From NCBI GenBank assembly GCA_041821265.1, contig JBGUEQ010000010.1, positions 4,217 through 68,216 of the forward strand: 64,000 nt of DNA, given 5' to 3'. A program made the translations under genes and the position numbers. The notes beneath the pieces are model-generated. The model was given only the letters and a program-made list of their open reading frames with translations. It ran no database searches and had not been told where the DNA came from. Of this stretch, positions 1 to 9,760 are shown in pieces; positions within the stretch are counted from its first letter, which is position 1; the number at the start of each line of letters is the position of its first letter. The stretch is from Lachnotalea sp. GTDB lineage: Bacteria; Bacillota; Clostridia; Lachnospirales; Lachnospiraceae.

Positions 1-631
1 CATCACCATTAGATATGTCCGCTAAAAAGTCTTTCGCATCCTCATCAATTATTGCATCATAACTACCCATACCCTTTTCAGTATCATAAACGGCTCTCTC
101 TATCAGTTTCTTAATATCATCATTTGCAAGTGGCTTTAATTCAAACATAACGGAACGTGAAATCAACGCGGAATTTACCTCAAAATATGGATTCTCCGTA
201 GTTGCTCCAATTAAAATAAGGGTACCATCCTCAACGAAGGGTAATAAATAGTCTTGCTGGCTCTTATTAAATCTATGAATCTCATCTACAAATAATATGG
301 TCTTCTTTCCATACATTCCAAGGTTATTCTTTGATTGTTCCACTACTTGTTCCATATCTTTCTTGCCCGCTATTGTCGCATTAATCTGTGTAAAATTAGA
401 GCTTGTTGTGTTAGCAATAACTTTAGCAAGTGTAGTTTTTCCGGTTCCTGGTGGACCATAAAATATAATTGAACTTAATTTATCAGCCTTTATTGCTCGA
501 TATAATAATTTGTCTTTTCCAATAATATGCTGTTGCCCTACTACCTCGTCTAATGATATTGGCCTTAGTCTCGCTGCTAATGGCGATTCTTTTTCCAACG
601 TGTTGTTTCTCATATAATCAAATAAATCCAT
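1..631 (-). CDS. rarA: Replication-associated recombination protein A (RarA/MgsA AAA+ ATPase), N-terminal part; the 3' end runs off the window
   Basis: Not in the ORF track because it is open at the window edge. Own translation from the ATG at 631-629: MDLFDYMRNNTLEKESPLAARLRPISLDEVVGQQHIIGKDKLL..FYGPPGTGKTTLAKVIAN (Walker A)..ILFVDEIHRFNKSQQDYLLP (Walker B region)..LIGATTENPYFEVNSALISR. Confidence 0.85.
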   Translation of the reverse strand, partial: MDLFDYMRNNTLEKESPLAARLRPISLDEVVGQQHIIGKDKLLYRAIKADKLSSIIFYGPPGTGKTTLAKVIANTTSSNFTQINATIAGKKDMEQVVEQSKNNLGMYGKKTILFVDEIHRFNKSQQDYLLPFVEDGTLILIGATTENPYFEVNSALISRSVMFELKPLANDDIKKLIERAVYDTEKGMGSYDAIIDEDAKDFLADISNGD

Positions 632-876
632 TTGTATTCTCCTTGTAAAAGTTCTCTATCACAATTCTTAATATGAATCACATAAAATCATACTCATAAT
701 TCCTGTCTCTTTTCATTCTCCCTATTATTTTAGTTTCTTATAACATAACTATTCTGAACCCACTAATGCGAGGTGTTTTGCAAAGCAATATCCCGCGTTT
801 TATAGCGCTAAAATGCAAGTTTCTGCATTTAATATACATCGCATAGTGATTTCTATAAAGGTACTGAATCGTTACC

Positions 877-1563
877 TTATAAAATAATATCATCTACCGT
901 CACAAATTCAAAACCTTCGCTTTGCAGTTGATCAATAATTTGCAATGCTGCTATCACTGATGTTTTATAATAATCATGCATCAAAATAATATCACCATCT
1001 TTTATATTTTTTGTTCCATTCTTAACGATTTCGGCAACATTCGTAGTAGTCCAGTCCAATGTATCTACTGACCATAATACTGGAATCATATCCATATTAC
1101 ATTCTAATTTCTTATCCCATTCTCCAAAAGTAGGACGTATAAACTCTGGATACTTGCCGGTAATATTGTATATTACTTCATTTGCTTTTGTAATCTCTAA
1201 ACATTGCTCCTCAACACTTAATTTGTTTAGCTGCACATGACTATATGTATGATTACCAATAAGATGACCATCTTCCACAATATTTTTAACAACATCGGGC
1301 CATCTTTCAGCATTCTTGCCAACTACAAAAAATGTAACTTTTACATTTCTTTCCTTCAACCCCTCTAAGAGTTGCTGTGTATAGCGCGGATGTGGTCCAT
1401 CATCAAACGTCAATGCCACTTTCTTGGCATCATCATTTGAATCTGAAATATTAATTGAAACTTGCGTTAATCCATTTATTTCAACATTATTTACCTTTAC
1501 AACCATCAATATCATTAGAATTATTATATCAATACACAAAAGAATAAAGCACTTTGTTTTCAT
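877..1563 (-). CDS. Polysaccharide deacetylase (NodB-homology domain) with an N-terminal membrane anchor
   Basis: 228-aa ORF. Hydrophobic N-terminus, then NodB motifs TFDDGP and HTYSH. Confidence 0.85.
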   Translation of the reverse strand: MKTKCFILLCIDIIILMILMVVKVNNVEINGLTQVSINISDSNDDAKKVALTFDDGPHPRYTQQLLEGLKERNVKVTFFVVGKNAERWPDVVKNIVEDGHLIGNHTYSHVQLNKLSVEEQCLEITKANEVIYNITGKYPEFIRPTFGEWDKKLECNMDMIPVLWSVDTLDWTTTNVAEIVKNGTKNIKDGDIILMHDYYKTSVIAALQIIDQLQSEGFEFVTVDDIIL

Positions 1564-1649
1564 ATATAAACCTTTTCACACTTATTATATATTAATATAT
1601 GTAAAACTAATATATTTAATCACATAAGTAACAGTTTAGCCACACACAT

Positions 1650-1679
1650 AAAGCCCTAAACGAACTTGTTTAGGGCTTT
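1650..1679 (-). terminator. 12-bp perfect hairpin (AAAGCCCTAAAC/GTTTAGGGCTTT, 6-nt loop) at the 3' end of the DUF4250 ORF
   Basis: Inverted repeat read directly. The stop codon of the small ORF lies inside the stem. Flanked by A/T runs on both sides, so it could act bidirectionally. Confidence 0.55.
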
Positions 1680-1829
1680 ATCATATTCATAATCTATTGA
1701 TTTAAGACTATGAATGATTTCTGTTTTCATTATATTCATACTACTACACATATCTTCCAGACTTGGATAAAAGTCTCTTAATTGAGTGTTGACATAACTT
1801 AATAAAATTACTGGATCTTTTGGTAACAT
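1656..1829 (-). CDS. Small DUF4250-like protein (57 aa), below the ORF-track cutoff
   Basis: Own translation: MLPKDPVILLSYVNTQLRDFYPSLEDMCSSMNIMKTEIIHSLKSIDYEYDKALNKFV. It starts with the MLPKDP..LLS.VN..LRD motif I associate with DUF4250. AGAGG RBS 8 nt upstream of the ATG. Confidence 0.65.
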   Translation of the reverse strand: MLPKDPVILLSYVNTQLRDFYPSLEDMCSSMNIMKTEIIHSLKSIDYEYDKALNKFV

Positions 1830-1850
1830 ATATTGCCTCTTTCTAAAAAA

Positions 1851-2966
1851 CTACAAAACATCTTCAATTTCTATATTGCGTTCAGCATTTAAATCAATAA
1901 AACCATACTGCGTCTTAATGAGGGGTCTACTCTTTTGTTGACCGTTTAGCAATATTATTTCACCTTCGACACCATTTGTCAAGGTTACTTTATTATGTAG
2001 ATATGTCTCTTCGGTCTTTTCAATAAATGGCAACAAAAATTCACTTTCAAATAAATCGTACCCTTCTTCTTGGAAAAAATCAAATACCTTAAATGGTGAA
2101 ACTGGTAATTTTTGATTTCTAGCCGTCATGTCGTCATAAGTATCCGCAATGGCTACAATCTGTGCAAATTCACACATCTCATTCCCCTTAAGTCCTTTGG
2201 GATACCCACTTCCATTTCTTCTCTCATGATGTTGCAATGCAACAAACTTTACTCTATCATCTATATCTTCATTTTTCAGAATTTCATAACCCTTTATAAC
2301 ATGCTCTTTTAATTTCTCTTCGTAGATTTGATTTAGGTTCAAATTTTCATTTATTGATTCTTCTAATATTACAAACATTCCAATATCATGCATCAAACCA
2401 CACATGGTTAGAACTTCAATTTCTTCTTCGCTTTTTTTAAGCCAAATTCCAAACATCTTACAAATAATGGCTACATTATAAGAATGCATATAAACAGAAT
2501 CATCATATTGTTTCAGATGTCTAAGCATATAAAATAATTGAGCCTTACTCGGACTCTCATCAATAAACTGATTAATATTCTTCAGTAATCTATTCTTATC
2601 TATAGGCTCATTTCCATAAACAATATCATTAATGGTATATTTAAATTCATCCACATTTTTAACATACTTTTGCTTGAACTCCTCAAACTCTAAACTACGT
2701 GCGATCACATTGTTTTGCTTCACACGTCCTTGCTGACTTCTTGTACTGTCTCCACTTTGATAATATACTTTCACTCGCTCTATTGAATATAGTTTCAGAC
2801 GCATTATCATCTTTTCTGATATTGGAAGTTCATGTGAAACAATCAAATGCCCTCTGTTATCATATACATCTTCCGCAATAACCATGCCGGGATTAAGCTG
2901 TTCAACAATAATTAACCTTGTATTGTTCATTTTATCACCCAACTTTCTTCTAAGGAAATACTTCAC
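1851..2966 (-). CDS. HD-GYP domain protein (putative cyclic-di-GMP phosphodiesterase)
   Basis: Motifs HDIGM and HHERRNGSGYPKGL. A more likely start is the ATG at 2930 (MNNTRLI..), preceded by GGGTGA. Confidence 0.85.
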   Translation of the reverse strand: MKYFLRRKLGDKMNNTRLIIVEQLNPGMVIAEDVYDNRGHLIVSHELPISEKMIMRLKLYSIERVKVYYQSGDSTRSQQGRVKQNNVIARSLEFEEFKQKYVKNVDEFKYTINDIVYGNEPIDKNRLLKNINQFIDESPSKAQLFYMLRHLKQYDDSVYMHSYNVAIICKMFGIWLKKSEEEIEVLTMCGLMHDIGMFVILEESINENLNLNQIYEEKLKEHVIKGYEILKNEDIDDRVKFVALQHHERRNGSGYPKGLKGNEMCEFAQIVAIADTYDDMTARNQKLPVSPFKVFDFFQEEGYDLFESEFLLPFIEKTEETYLHNKVTLTNGVEGEIILLNGQQKSRPLIKTQYGFIDLNAERNIEIEDVL

Positions 2967-3067
2967 TACTCTTTGTCTCTTATATTATACTACTTTCTAC
3001 AAATTTTGTCTTGATTTTCCATATAAATTTGGGAGTTTTTTTACAATAATAAAATAATCATTGCATA

Positions 3068-3113
3068 AATAAGTAATAACGATGGAAAATTTTTTCCATC
3101 GTTATTACTTATT
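3068..3113 (-). terminator. 22-bp perfect hairpin immediately after (and overlapping) the clpB stop codon
   Basis: AATAAGTAATAACGATGGAAAA / TTTTCCATCGTTATTACTTATT with a 2-nt centre. T-rich sequence follows on the minus strand. Confidence 0.65.
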
Positions 3114-5697
3114 ACCTTTTTACAGATGCAAATAATTCTTCTTTTTGAACCTCTATTACTATTTTATTACCAGCAACTACTTGATCTGACAATATCAACT
3201 TAGCTGCAAGCGTCTCAACATGTTTTTGTAAATATCTCTTTAATGGTCTTGCTCCATAAACCGGATCATAACCATGTTCAACAATAAAATCTTTTGCTTC
3301 TTGTGTAAGCTCGATTGTCAATTCTTTTTCTTCTAAACGCTCATTAAGATTATCCATAAGTAAATTAACAATAAAACTAATATCTTTTTTCGTTAATGGT
3401 TTAAACATAATTATTTCATCTAGTCTATTTAAAAATTCTGGTTTAAAATGACCTCTCAATTCCTCCATAACCATGTTACTATTTGCTTCTTTAATTTTAC
3501 TGTTTTCATCAATACCATCTAGTAAATAGTTTGAGCCAATATTAGAAGTCATAATTAAAATAGTATTTTTAAAGTTAATACATCGACCTTGCGAATCTGT
3601 TATTCTACCATCATCAAGTACTTGTAACAATACATTAAAAACATCTGGATGTGCTTTTTCAATTTCATCAAACAAGACCACTGAATAAGGTTTTCTCCTT
3701 ACTGCTTCTGTTAACTGCCCACCTTCTTCATAACCTACATATCCTGGAGGTGCCCCAATTAATCTGGATACTGAGTATTTCTCCATGTACTCACTCATAT
3801 CAATTCGAATCATATTCTGTTCATTATCAAATAGAATTTCTGCAAGTGCTTTTGCAAGTTCTGTCTTACCAACACCGGTAGGACCAAGAAATAAAAACGA
3901 CCCAATTGGTTTAGTAGGATCTTTAATCCCAGCTTTAGAACGAATAATAGCTTCTGTTACTTTCGTTACACCTTCATTTTGTCCTATTACTCTTTTATGA
4001 AGTTCTTTGTCAAGATTAAGTGTTTTACTTCGTTCGCTTTCTGTTAATTTAGCTATTGGTATTCCCGTCCATCTTGAAATAATTCTGGCAATTTCTTCAT
4101 CTGTTACACTTTCATGAACTAATGATAGGTCTGTCTTTTTCATTTGTTCTTCTTCAATAGCAAGCTGTTCTTCTAATTTCGGAAGCTTTCCATATTGCAA
4201 TTCTGCCGCCTTATTCAAGTCATAATTACGCTGTGCTAATTGAATCTGTTTGTGCATATCTTCAATTTCTTCTCTTAGTTTACTCAGTTTATCTACAGCA
4301 CTCTTCTCATTATCCCATTGCGCTTTTTTACCTGTAAATTCATCTTTTGACTCTGCAAGCTCCTTTTGTAAACTTTCTAGTCTTTCTTTACTGAGTCTAT
4401 CTGTTTCTTTCTTAAGTGCTGCTTCTTCTATTTCCATCTGCATTACTTTTCTTGATAACTCATCTAACTCAGCTGGCATTGAATCAAGTTCTGTTTTAAT
4501 TAATGCACATGCCTCATCTACCAAATCAATTGCTTTGTCTGGTAAAAATCGATCTGATATATAGCGACTGGATAATATCGCAGCAGATACAAGTGCTGAA
4601 TCTGTAATTTTTACCCCATGAAAGACTTCATATCTATCTTTTAATCCTCTTAAAATAGAAATTGTATCTTCTACAGTGGGTTCGTCAACGGTAACTGGCT
4701 GAAATCTTCTCTCTAATGCAGCATCTTTTTCAATATACATTCTATATTCATCTAGCGTTGTTGCACCAATACAATGAAGTTCTCCTCTTGCTAGCATTGG
4801 TTTTAACATATTCCCAGCATCCATAGCACCATCTGTTTTACCAGCTCCTACTATGGTATGAAGTTCATCAATAAACAATATAATCTGACCTTCACTTTTC
4901 TTAACTTCTTCTAGCACTGCTTTTAATCGTTCCTCAAACTCACCTCTGTATTTTGCTCCGGCAACTAATGACCCCATATCTAATGCAAATAACTTTTTCT
5001 CTTTTAATCCTTCTGGAACATCTCCACGAACGATTCTTTGTGCAAGACCTTCTACAACAGCCGTTTTACCAACACCTGGTTCACCAATTAGTACCGGATT
5101 GTTTTTAGTTTTTCTAGATAAAATTCTTATTACATTTCTAATCTCACCATCTCGTCCGATTACAGGATCAAGCTTTTGTTCTTTTGCACGTTCTACCAAA
5201 TCATAACCATATTTATTTAAGGTATCATAGGTTCCTTCTGGGTTATCACTTGTTATTCTTTGATTTCCCCTAACTGTTGATAACGCTTTTAAAAAACGAT
5301 CTCTGCTAAGCCCATACTCTTTAAAAATTTCTTTCATTGCATTATTGGAATACTTCATTAATGCCAAAAACAAATGTTCAACTGAAATATATTCATCTCC
5401 CATTTGCTTTGCCTCATCTTCAGCATTTATCAATACTTTATTCAGGTTCTGTCCAATGTAAACTTGACCTCCCGATACTTTTACTCTCTTCTTTACGTGT
5501 TCCTCAACATTGTTTAAAAAATGTTCTTTATTAATTTCCATCTTCTCAATCAATTTAAGTATTAGACTATCCTCTTGTGTTAACAAGCTATATAGCAAAT
5601 GTTCCTGCTCTATTTCTTGATTGCCATACTCATAAGCAAGCTTTTCGCAATCATTTACTGCTTGCATTGATTTTTGAGTAAATTTACTTATATTCAT
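3112..5697 (-). CDS. clpB: ATP-dependent chaperone ClpB
   Basis: Two AAA+ modules (GEPGVGKT and GPTGVGKT Walker A) separated by a long coiled-coil M-domain, plus a Clp N-domain. The start is set at ATG 5697 (MNISKF..), 7 nt after AGGAGG. The track's GTG at 5703 is less likely. Confidence 0.95.
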   Translation of the reverse strand: MNISKFTQKSMQAVNDCEKLAYEYGNQEIEQEHLLYSLLTQEDSLILKLIEKMEINKEHFLNNVEEHVKKRVKVSGGQVYIGQNLNKVLINAEDEAKQMGDEYISVEHLFLALMKYSNNAMKEIFKEYGLSRDRFLKALSTVRGNQRITSDNPEGTYDTLNKYGYDLVERAKEQKLDPVIGRDGEIRNVIRILSRKTKNNPVLIGEPGVGKTAVVEGLAQRIVRGDVPEGLKEKKLFALDMGSLVAGAKYRGEFEERLKAVLEEVKKSEGQIILFIDELHTIVGAGKTDGAMDAGNMLKPMLARGELHCIGATTLDEYRMYIEKDAALERRFQPVTVDEPTVEDTISILRGLKDRYEVFHGVKITDSALVSAAILSSRYISDRFLPDKAIDLVDEACALIKTELDSMPAELDELSRKVMQMEIEEAALKKETDRLSKERLESLQKELAESKDEFTGKKAQWDNEKSAVDKLSKLREEIEDMHKQIQLAQRNYDLNKAAELQYGKLPKLEEQLAIEEEQMKKTDLSLVHESVTDEEIARIISRWTGIPIAKLTESERSKTLNLDKELHKRVIGQNEGVTKVTEAIIRSKAGIKDPTKPIGSFLFLGPTGVGKTELAKALAEILFDNEQNMIRIDMSEYMEKYSVSRLIGAPPGYVGYEEGGQLTEAVRRKPYSVVLFDEIEKAHPDVFNVLLQVLDDGRITDSQGRCINFKNTILIMTSNIGSNYLLDGIDENSKIKEANSNMVMEELRGHFKPEFLNRLDEIIMFKPLTKKDISFIVNLLMDNLNERLEEKELTIELTQEAKDFIVEHGYDPVYGARPLKRYLQKHVETLAAKLILSDQVVAGNKIVIEVQKEELFASVKR

Positions 5698-5780
5698 AAG
5701 CACACCTCCTATTAATTTATAACAAAGAAAGTTTAAACCTTTACATTGCTATATTGTCACTATCTATATGTTCTATAACT

Positions 5781-5808
5781 ATTATAACACTCTTTGTAAT
5801 ATTGTCAA
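5781..5808 (-). promoter_or_regulatory. Consensus sigma-A-type promoter for clpB (TTGACA-16 nt-TATAAT)
   Basis: On the minus strand: TTGACA (5808-5803), a 16-nt spacer, TATAAT (5786-5781), about 80 nt upstream of the start codon. Confidence 0.55.
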
Positions 5809-5839
5809 TATTTTTTTATTACTGTAAAAAGATTTGTAG

Positions 5840-6189
5840 CTAATCGTTACAAACTTAATATTAGGAGTTGTATCACTTATACTAGCAGTTATTACAATTA
5901 TTGCTTTGTGGAGAATTTATGAAAAGGCAAATGTTGCAGGTTGGAAATCTATTATACCTATTTACAACGCCGTTTGTTTATACACGATCACTTGGGGATC
6001 TGGATGGATTTTTCTAACTTGTTTTATACCATTTGTTAACATAGTAATTTGTATTATTACAACGAACAAACTTACTCAATCATTTGGAAAGGTGCAGGTT
6101 TTACAATTGGTCTTATATTTTTACCACAAATTTTTATGCTTATCCTTGGTTTTGGTAGTGCGGAATACAATGCACTTCCTTCCATTTAA
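5840..6189 (+). pseudogene. DUF5684-like small membrane protein, frameshifted and lacking a canonical start
   Basis: The track ORF 5906-6268 reads ..LWRIYEKANVAGWKSIIPIYN..SFGK and then nonsense. The +1 frame from 6091 gives GAGFTIGLIFLPQIFMLILGFGSAEYNALPSI*, the expected C-terminus. The shift is at the A3 run 6088-6090. The in-frame N-terminal TM helix (from 5840) has no ATG/GTG. Confidence 0.55.
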
Positions 6190-6250
6190 GCAGTATTATT
6201 CTTCAAAAAAGCATGTAGGTCATATCTCCTACATGCTTTTTTATGCTCTA

Positions 6251-8110
6251 TTATTTATTTACTTTTAATGCTCGCATTGCATTTAATATTGCGATCACAG
6301 ATACACCAACATCCGCAAATACCGCGGCCCACATAGTAGCAATTCCAACTGCTGCTAAAATTAGCACTAACACTTTAATTCCAATCGCAAAAACAATGTT
6401 TTCTTTTACAATGCCTAATGTTTTTCTAGAAATTTGTATTGCGGTTGTTATTTTAGATGGTTCATCTGTTAGTATAACAATATCTGCGGCTTCAATTGCA
6501 GCATCTGATCCCAGACCTCCCATTGCAATTCCTATGTCTGCTCTTGCAAGAACAGGTGCATCATTAATTCCATCCCCTACAAAAACTAATTTTCCAGCTT
6601 TGGACTTTTGCTCAAATAACTCTTCTACTCTATCAACTTTATCTCCTGGCAATAATTCTGTGTAAACTTTCTCTATTCCAAGTTCCTTTGCTACCGTTTC
6701 ACCAGAAACTTTACTATCGCCCGTGAGCATAACTATATTATTAATATGATAGCCTTTTAACCCATCGATTGCTAGTTTGGAATCTTCCTTTACCCTATCT
6801 GAAATGATAATACAACCTTCATACCTACCATTCACTGCGATATGGACTACCGTTCCTGCAATTATAATTTCTTCAAATTCCACATGAATTGACTTCATTA
6901 ATCTGGAATTCCCAGCATAAACAACTGCTCCACCCACACTTGCCTTCACTCCATGCCCAGCGATTTCTTCAACATCATTAATAATATTATTATCAATATT
7001 TTGTCCATAGGCACTTTTTAATGCAGATGAAATTGGATGATTGGAATAGCTTTCTGCATATGCTGCAAACTTAATAATTTCGCTTTCGTTGTAATGGCTA
7101 TTATTTCTAATTTCCGTTACCTGGAAAATTCCTTTAGTAAGTGTTCCTGTCTTATCAAAAACTATAATTTCGGTCTTAGCTAACGCTTCTAAATAGTTGC
7201 TGCCTTTAATCAGTATGCCACACCTGGATGCGCCTCCAAGTCCTCCAAAGAAACTTAATGGTATTGAAATAACAAGTGCACAAGGACATGAAATAACTAG
7301 GAATGATAATGCCCTATAAATCCATATATTCCATTCTCCTACAAATAAAGGTGGTATAATGGCTAATGCTAGTGCACAAAACACCACTATTGGAGTATAA
7401 TATCTTGCAAATTTGGTTATAAAATTTTCTGCTTCTGCTTTCTTGCTACTTGCATTTTCAACCAAATCAAGAATTTTAGTAACTGTTGATTCACCAAATT
7501 CTTTCATTACCTCGGCTTCAACTACACCATTAATATTAATGCATCCACTTATTAATGTATCTCCAACCTCAACTTCTCTTGGCATTGATTCACCTGTTAA
7601 TGCCTTCGTATCTAACGTTGTATATCCTTTAACGACTTTGCAATCTAGAGGTATTTTTTCTCCTGGTTTTACTACAATAATATCTCCTATCATAGCTTCA
7701 TCTGGGTCTATTTGTATAATTTTGTCTCCACGCTTTATATTTGCATATTCTGGATAAATATCCATTAGTTCAGTTATGGAATTACGCGATTTATCAACCG
7801 CATAGGATTGGAACAGTTCTCCTATCTGATAGAACAACATTACTGCAACACCTTCAGGATATTCCCCCACAAAAAAAGCACCTATCGTTGCAATCGACAT
7901 CAAAAAATTCTCATCAAACACTTGCCCCGTTAAAATATTTTTCGTAGCACGCTTTACAATATCTATACCAATAATATAATATGCTATTAGAAATATAATA
8001 AGTTCAATATTATTACTTACTGCCAAACATTTCGGCAATATGATACCTATTAGATATACAACAATTGCACCTATAATTCGATATAACCTTTTTTTCATTT
8101 TCTTAGTCAT
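6251..8110 (-). CDS. cadA: Heavy-metal translocating P1B-type ATPase (Zn/Cd/Pb-type signature), without a fused N-terminal metal-binding domain
   Basis: TGES, CPC in SCPCALVIS, DKTGTLT, GDGINDAP, and a DVG (DxG) motif in the last TM helix (FADVGVSVIAILNAMR). The protein starts directly with TM segments. Confidence 0.88.
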   Translation of the reverse strand: MTKKMKKRLYRIIGAIVVYLIGIILPKCLAVSNNIELIIFLIAYYIIGIDIVKRATKNILTGQVFDENFLMSIATIGAFFVGEYPEGVAVMLFYQIGELFQSYAVDKSRNSITELMDIYPEYANIKRGDKIIQIDPDEAMIGDIIVVKPGEKIPLDCKVVKGYTTLDTKALTGESMPREVEVGDTLISGCININGVVEAEVMKEFGESTVTKILDLVENASSKKAEAENFITKFARYYTPIVVFCALALAIIPPLFVGEWNIWIYRALSFLVISCPCALVISIPLSFFGGLGGASRCGILIKGSNYLEALAKTEIIVFDKTGTLTKGIFQVTEIRNNSHYNESEIIKFAAYAESYSNHPISSALKSAYGQNIDNNIINDVEEIAGHGVKASVGGAVVYAGNSRLMKSIHVEFEEIIIAGTVVHIAVNGRYEGCIIISDRVKEDSKLAIDGLKGYHINNIVMLTGDSKVSGETVAKELGIEKVYTELLPGDKVDRVEELFEQKSKAGKLVFVGDGINDAPVLARADIGIAMGGLGSDAAIEAADIVILTDEPSKITTAIQISRKTLGIVKENIVFAIGIKVLVLILAAVGIATMWAAVFADVGVSVIAILNAMRALKVNK

Positions 8111-8190
8111 AACATTAACTCCTATTTACTATTACTATTCACCTCTGGTTTCATAGTAACGATTTATACAAAAGACGAACTAATTAATCA

Positions 8191-8412
8191 TTATTTTTCT
8201 TTCATAACAACATCAGGATCTATTTTTTTAATAATCTGCATTGCATCTTTAATTGCCTGCATCATCTTATCTTCATCTGTATCAATTACAAGCTTCTTTG
8301 TCATAAAAGTGACCGTTGCTTTACTTACATTGTTTAATTCATTAATGGCATTTTCCATTTTTGCTCCACAGTTTGCACAGTCTAATTCCTCTAAGATAAA
8401 TATTTTTTTCAT
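8191..8412 (-). CDS. Stand-alone heavy-metal-associated (HMA) domain protein / metallochaperone
   Basis: 73 aa with a CxxC motif (LDCANCGAKME) in a ferredoxin-like HMA layout. It lies between the regulator and the ATPase. Confidence 0.8.
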   Translation of the reverse strand: MKKIFILEELDCANCGAKMENAINELNNVSKATVTFMTKKLVIDTDEDKMMQAIKDAMQIIKKIDPDVVMKEK

Positions 8413-8450
8413 AGTTTTTCCTTTCTGCTGCCTTCGACAATCTCTACAAT

Positions 8451-8831
8451 TTATTCACTTATATGTTCCATTCCTTGATTTATAATTGTCTTTATATGGC
8501 CGTCAGACAATGAGTAGAATACAGTCTTTCCTTCTCTTCTATATTTGACAAGCTGCATTTGTTTTAATGTTTTCAATTGATGTGAAATTGCTGATTGTGT
8601 CATATTAAGAAGATTTGCTATATCACATACACACATTTCTGATTGAAATAATACATATAATATTCGGATTCTTGTAGTATCTCCAAAGACTTTAAAGAAC
8701 TCTGCTAAATCCATTAATTTTTCTTCTGCTGGCATAAGTTCTTCTACTTTTTCAATAATATCTTTATGTACATGTATATAATCACATTGTTCAATATCAT
8801 TTTTATTTATCAACTTAGTTTCTCCTCTCAT
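8451..8831 (-). CDS. ArsR/SmtB-family metal-sensing repressor (CadC-like)
   Basis: Winged-HTH region TRIRILYVLFQSEMCVCDIANLLNMTQSAISHQLKTLK with a CVC metal site. Alternative start TTG at 8813, 8 nt after GAGGAG. Confidence 0.85.
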   Translation of the reverse strand: MRGETKLINKNDIEQCDYIHVHKDIIEKVEELMPAEEKLMDLAEFFKVFGDTTRIRILYVLFQSEMCVCDIANLLNMTQSAISHQLKTLKQMQLVKYRREGKTVFYSLSDGHIKTIINQGMEHISE

Positions 8832-8850
8832 ATGAATAACTGTTCATATG
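8829..8850 (-). promoter_or_regulatory. Candidate ArsR/SmtB operator: 8-6-8 inverted repeat CATATGAA-N6-TTCATATG
   Basis: Read directly. It overlaps the first ATG of the arsR ORF and lies just upstream of the GAGGAG/TTG alternative start. Confidence 0.5.
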
Positions 8851-8917
8851 TTCATTATAACGATTTTTTTAACTTTGTCAATACATTTTTTAATTTTTTT
8901 TGACTCATATGATTCCA

Positions 8918-9239
8918 TTAGTCTTTCGTGAAGCTCTGTGAAATTTCAAGGATTTGCTTTTCAATTTCTATAAAAGAATTTACTAATTTGGGATCAAAAT
9001 GGGTACCTCTTTCATTCATAATGATCCCTACTTTTCACGATTTAAAATTATATTTCCTTGTTCTTCTATATTTTGAAGATAATCTTCTATCCACATCTGG
9101 TCATCCATAACCTGATGAAGTTCTCTCTCATAATATTCATCTTTTATTTGCTGCCAAAGCGGTACTGGAACATCAACACTTGGTTTTTCAAAACCACTTT
9201 ATCAATTATTTTCTTATTAAACATCGCAAAATAGCGCAT
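8918..9239 (-). pseudogene. Gene debris: C-terminal tail of an HD-GYP-type protein plus a frameshifted upstream ORF fragment
   Basis: Own translation 9019-8918: MNERGTHFDPKLVNSFIEIEKQILEISQSFTKD* (RGTHFDP..V..F resembles HD-GYP protein ends). Upstream, MRYFAMFNKKIIDKVV (from 9239) continues as FEKPSVDVPVPLWQQIKDEYYERELHQ.. only after a 1-nt shift at 9190-9193. Confidence 0.4.
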
Positions 9240-9760
9240 GTTTTCTCCTGTTTGTATCATTTCTCCATATCTAAAATGTATAATTTAAAAATTGCTATGC
9301 TATAAGTTTTTGACTTTTGCACAGCAATATTAGAGATATTTATAGTTTTGTCAGATTCTGAAGCAATTTGTAGAGCAAATCAACTGTCTGTTCTATATAG
9401 ATGTCAGGATTCCTAATTGAATCGTCGTAAAGAATTTCATGGCAAACATCATCGATCAAAAGAAAAGAGTATTCTATCTACACTTCCTCAAGACCAACAG
9501 TCAGCAGTAAAAGAGAATTTCAGCGCACAGGAAGTTGAGTTAGATTCAACACTTGATCATATAGCTATTGTCAAGGAAGATGAAAGTTATAAGGTATACA
9601 ATAAATGCTTTTTTATCACAGCAATTATAGCACTATTTGGAATGATTGACGTTGCTTTCAATTATAAAAGACAGGATACTATGGCTATTATAGAAAAAGA
9701 GGCTGTCAGAGAATAAATATCCTATTTTGATCTATTGGGTTATTGATAGTAATTCTTATT

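Noticed and set aside
4250-4564. 104-aa plus-strand ORF (Ser/Leu-rich). Similar long antisense ORFs occur at 6243-6665, 35511-35867, 45608-45958 and 55722-56060.
   Set aside because: All lie antisense to strongly supported conserved genes (clpB, P-type ATPase, aldolase, GH78, the 688-aa gene). They are low-complexity, lack RBSs, and are the expected shadow ORFs of AT-rich coding sequence.
5704-5905. Looked for CIRCE (TTAGCACTC-N9-GAGTGCTAA) or CtsR (GGTCAAA direct repeat) operators upstream of clpB.
   Set aside because: Neither motif is present. Only a consensus sigma-A-type promoter is visible.
8928-9110. 60-aa plus-strand ORF.
   Set aside because: It is antisense to the HD-GYP-tail remnant and has no RBS or motif.
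9417-9716. 99-aa plus-strand ORF between the debris zone and the fructokinase stub.
   Set aside because: TTG start, no RBS, no recognisable motif, and it is convergent with remnants. It may be a relic, but I cannot support it as a gene.
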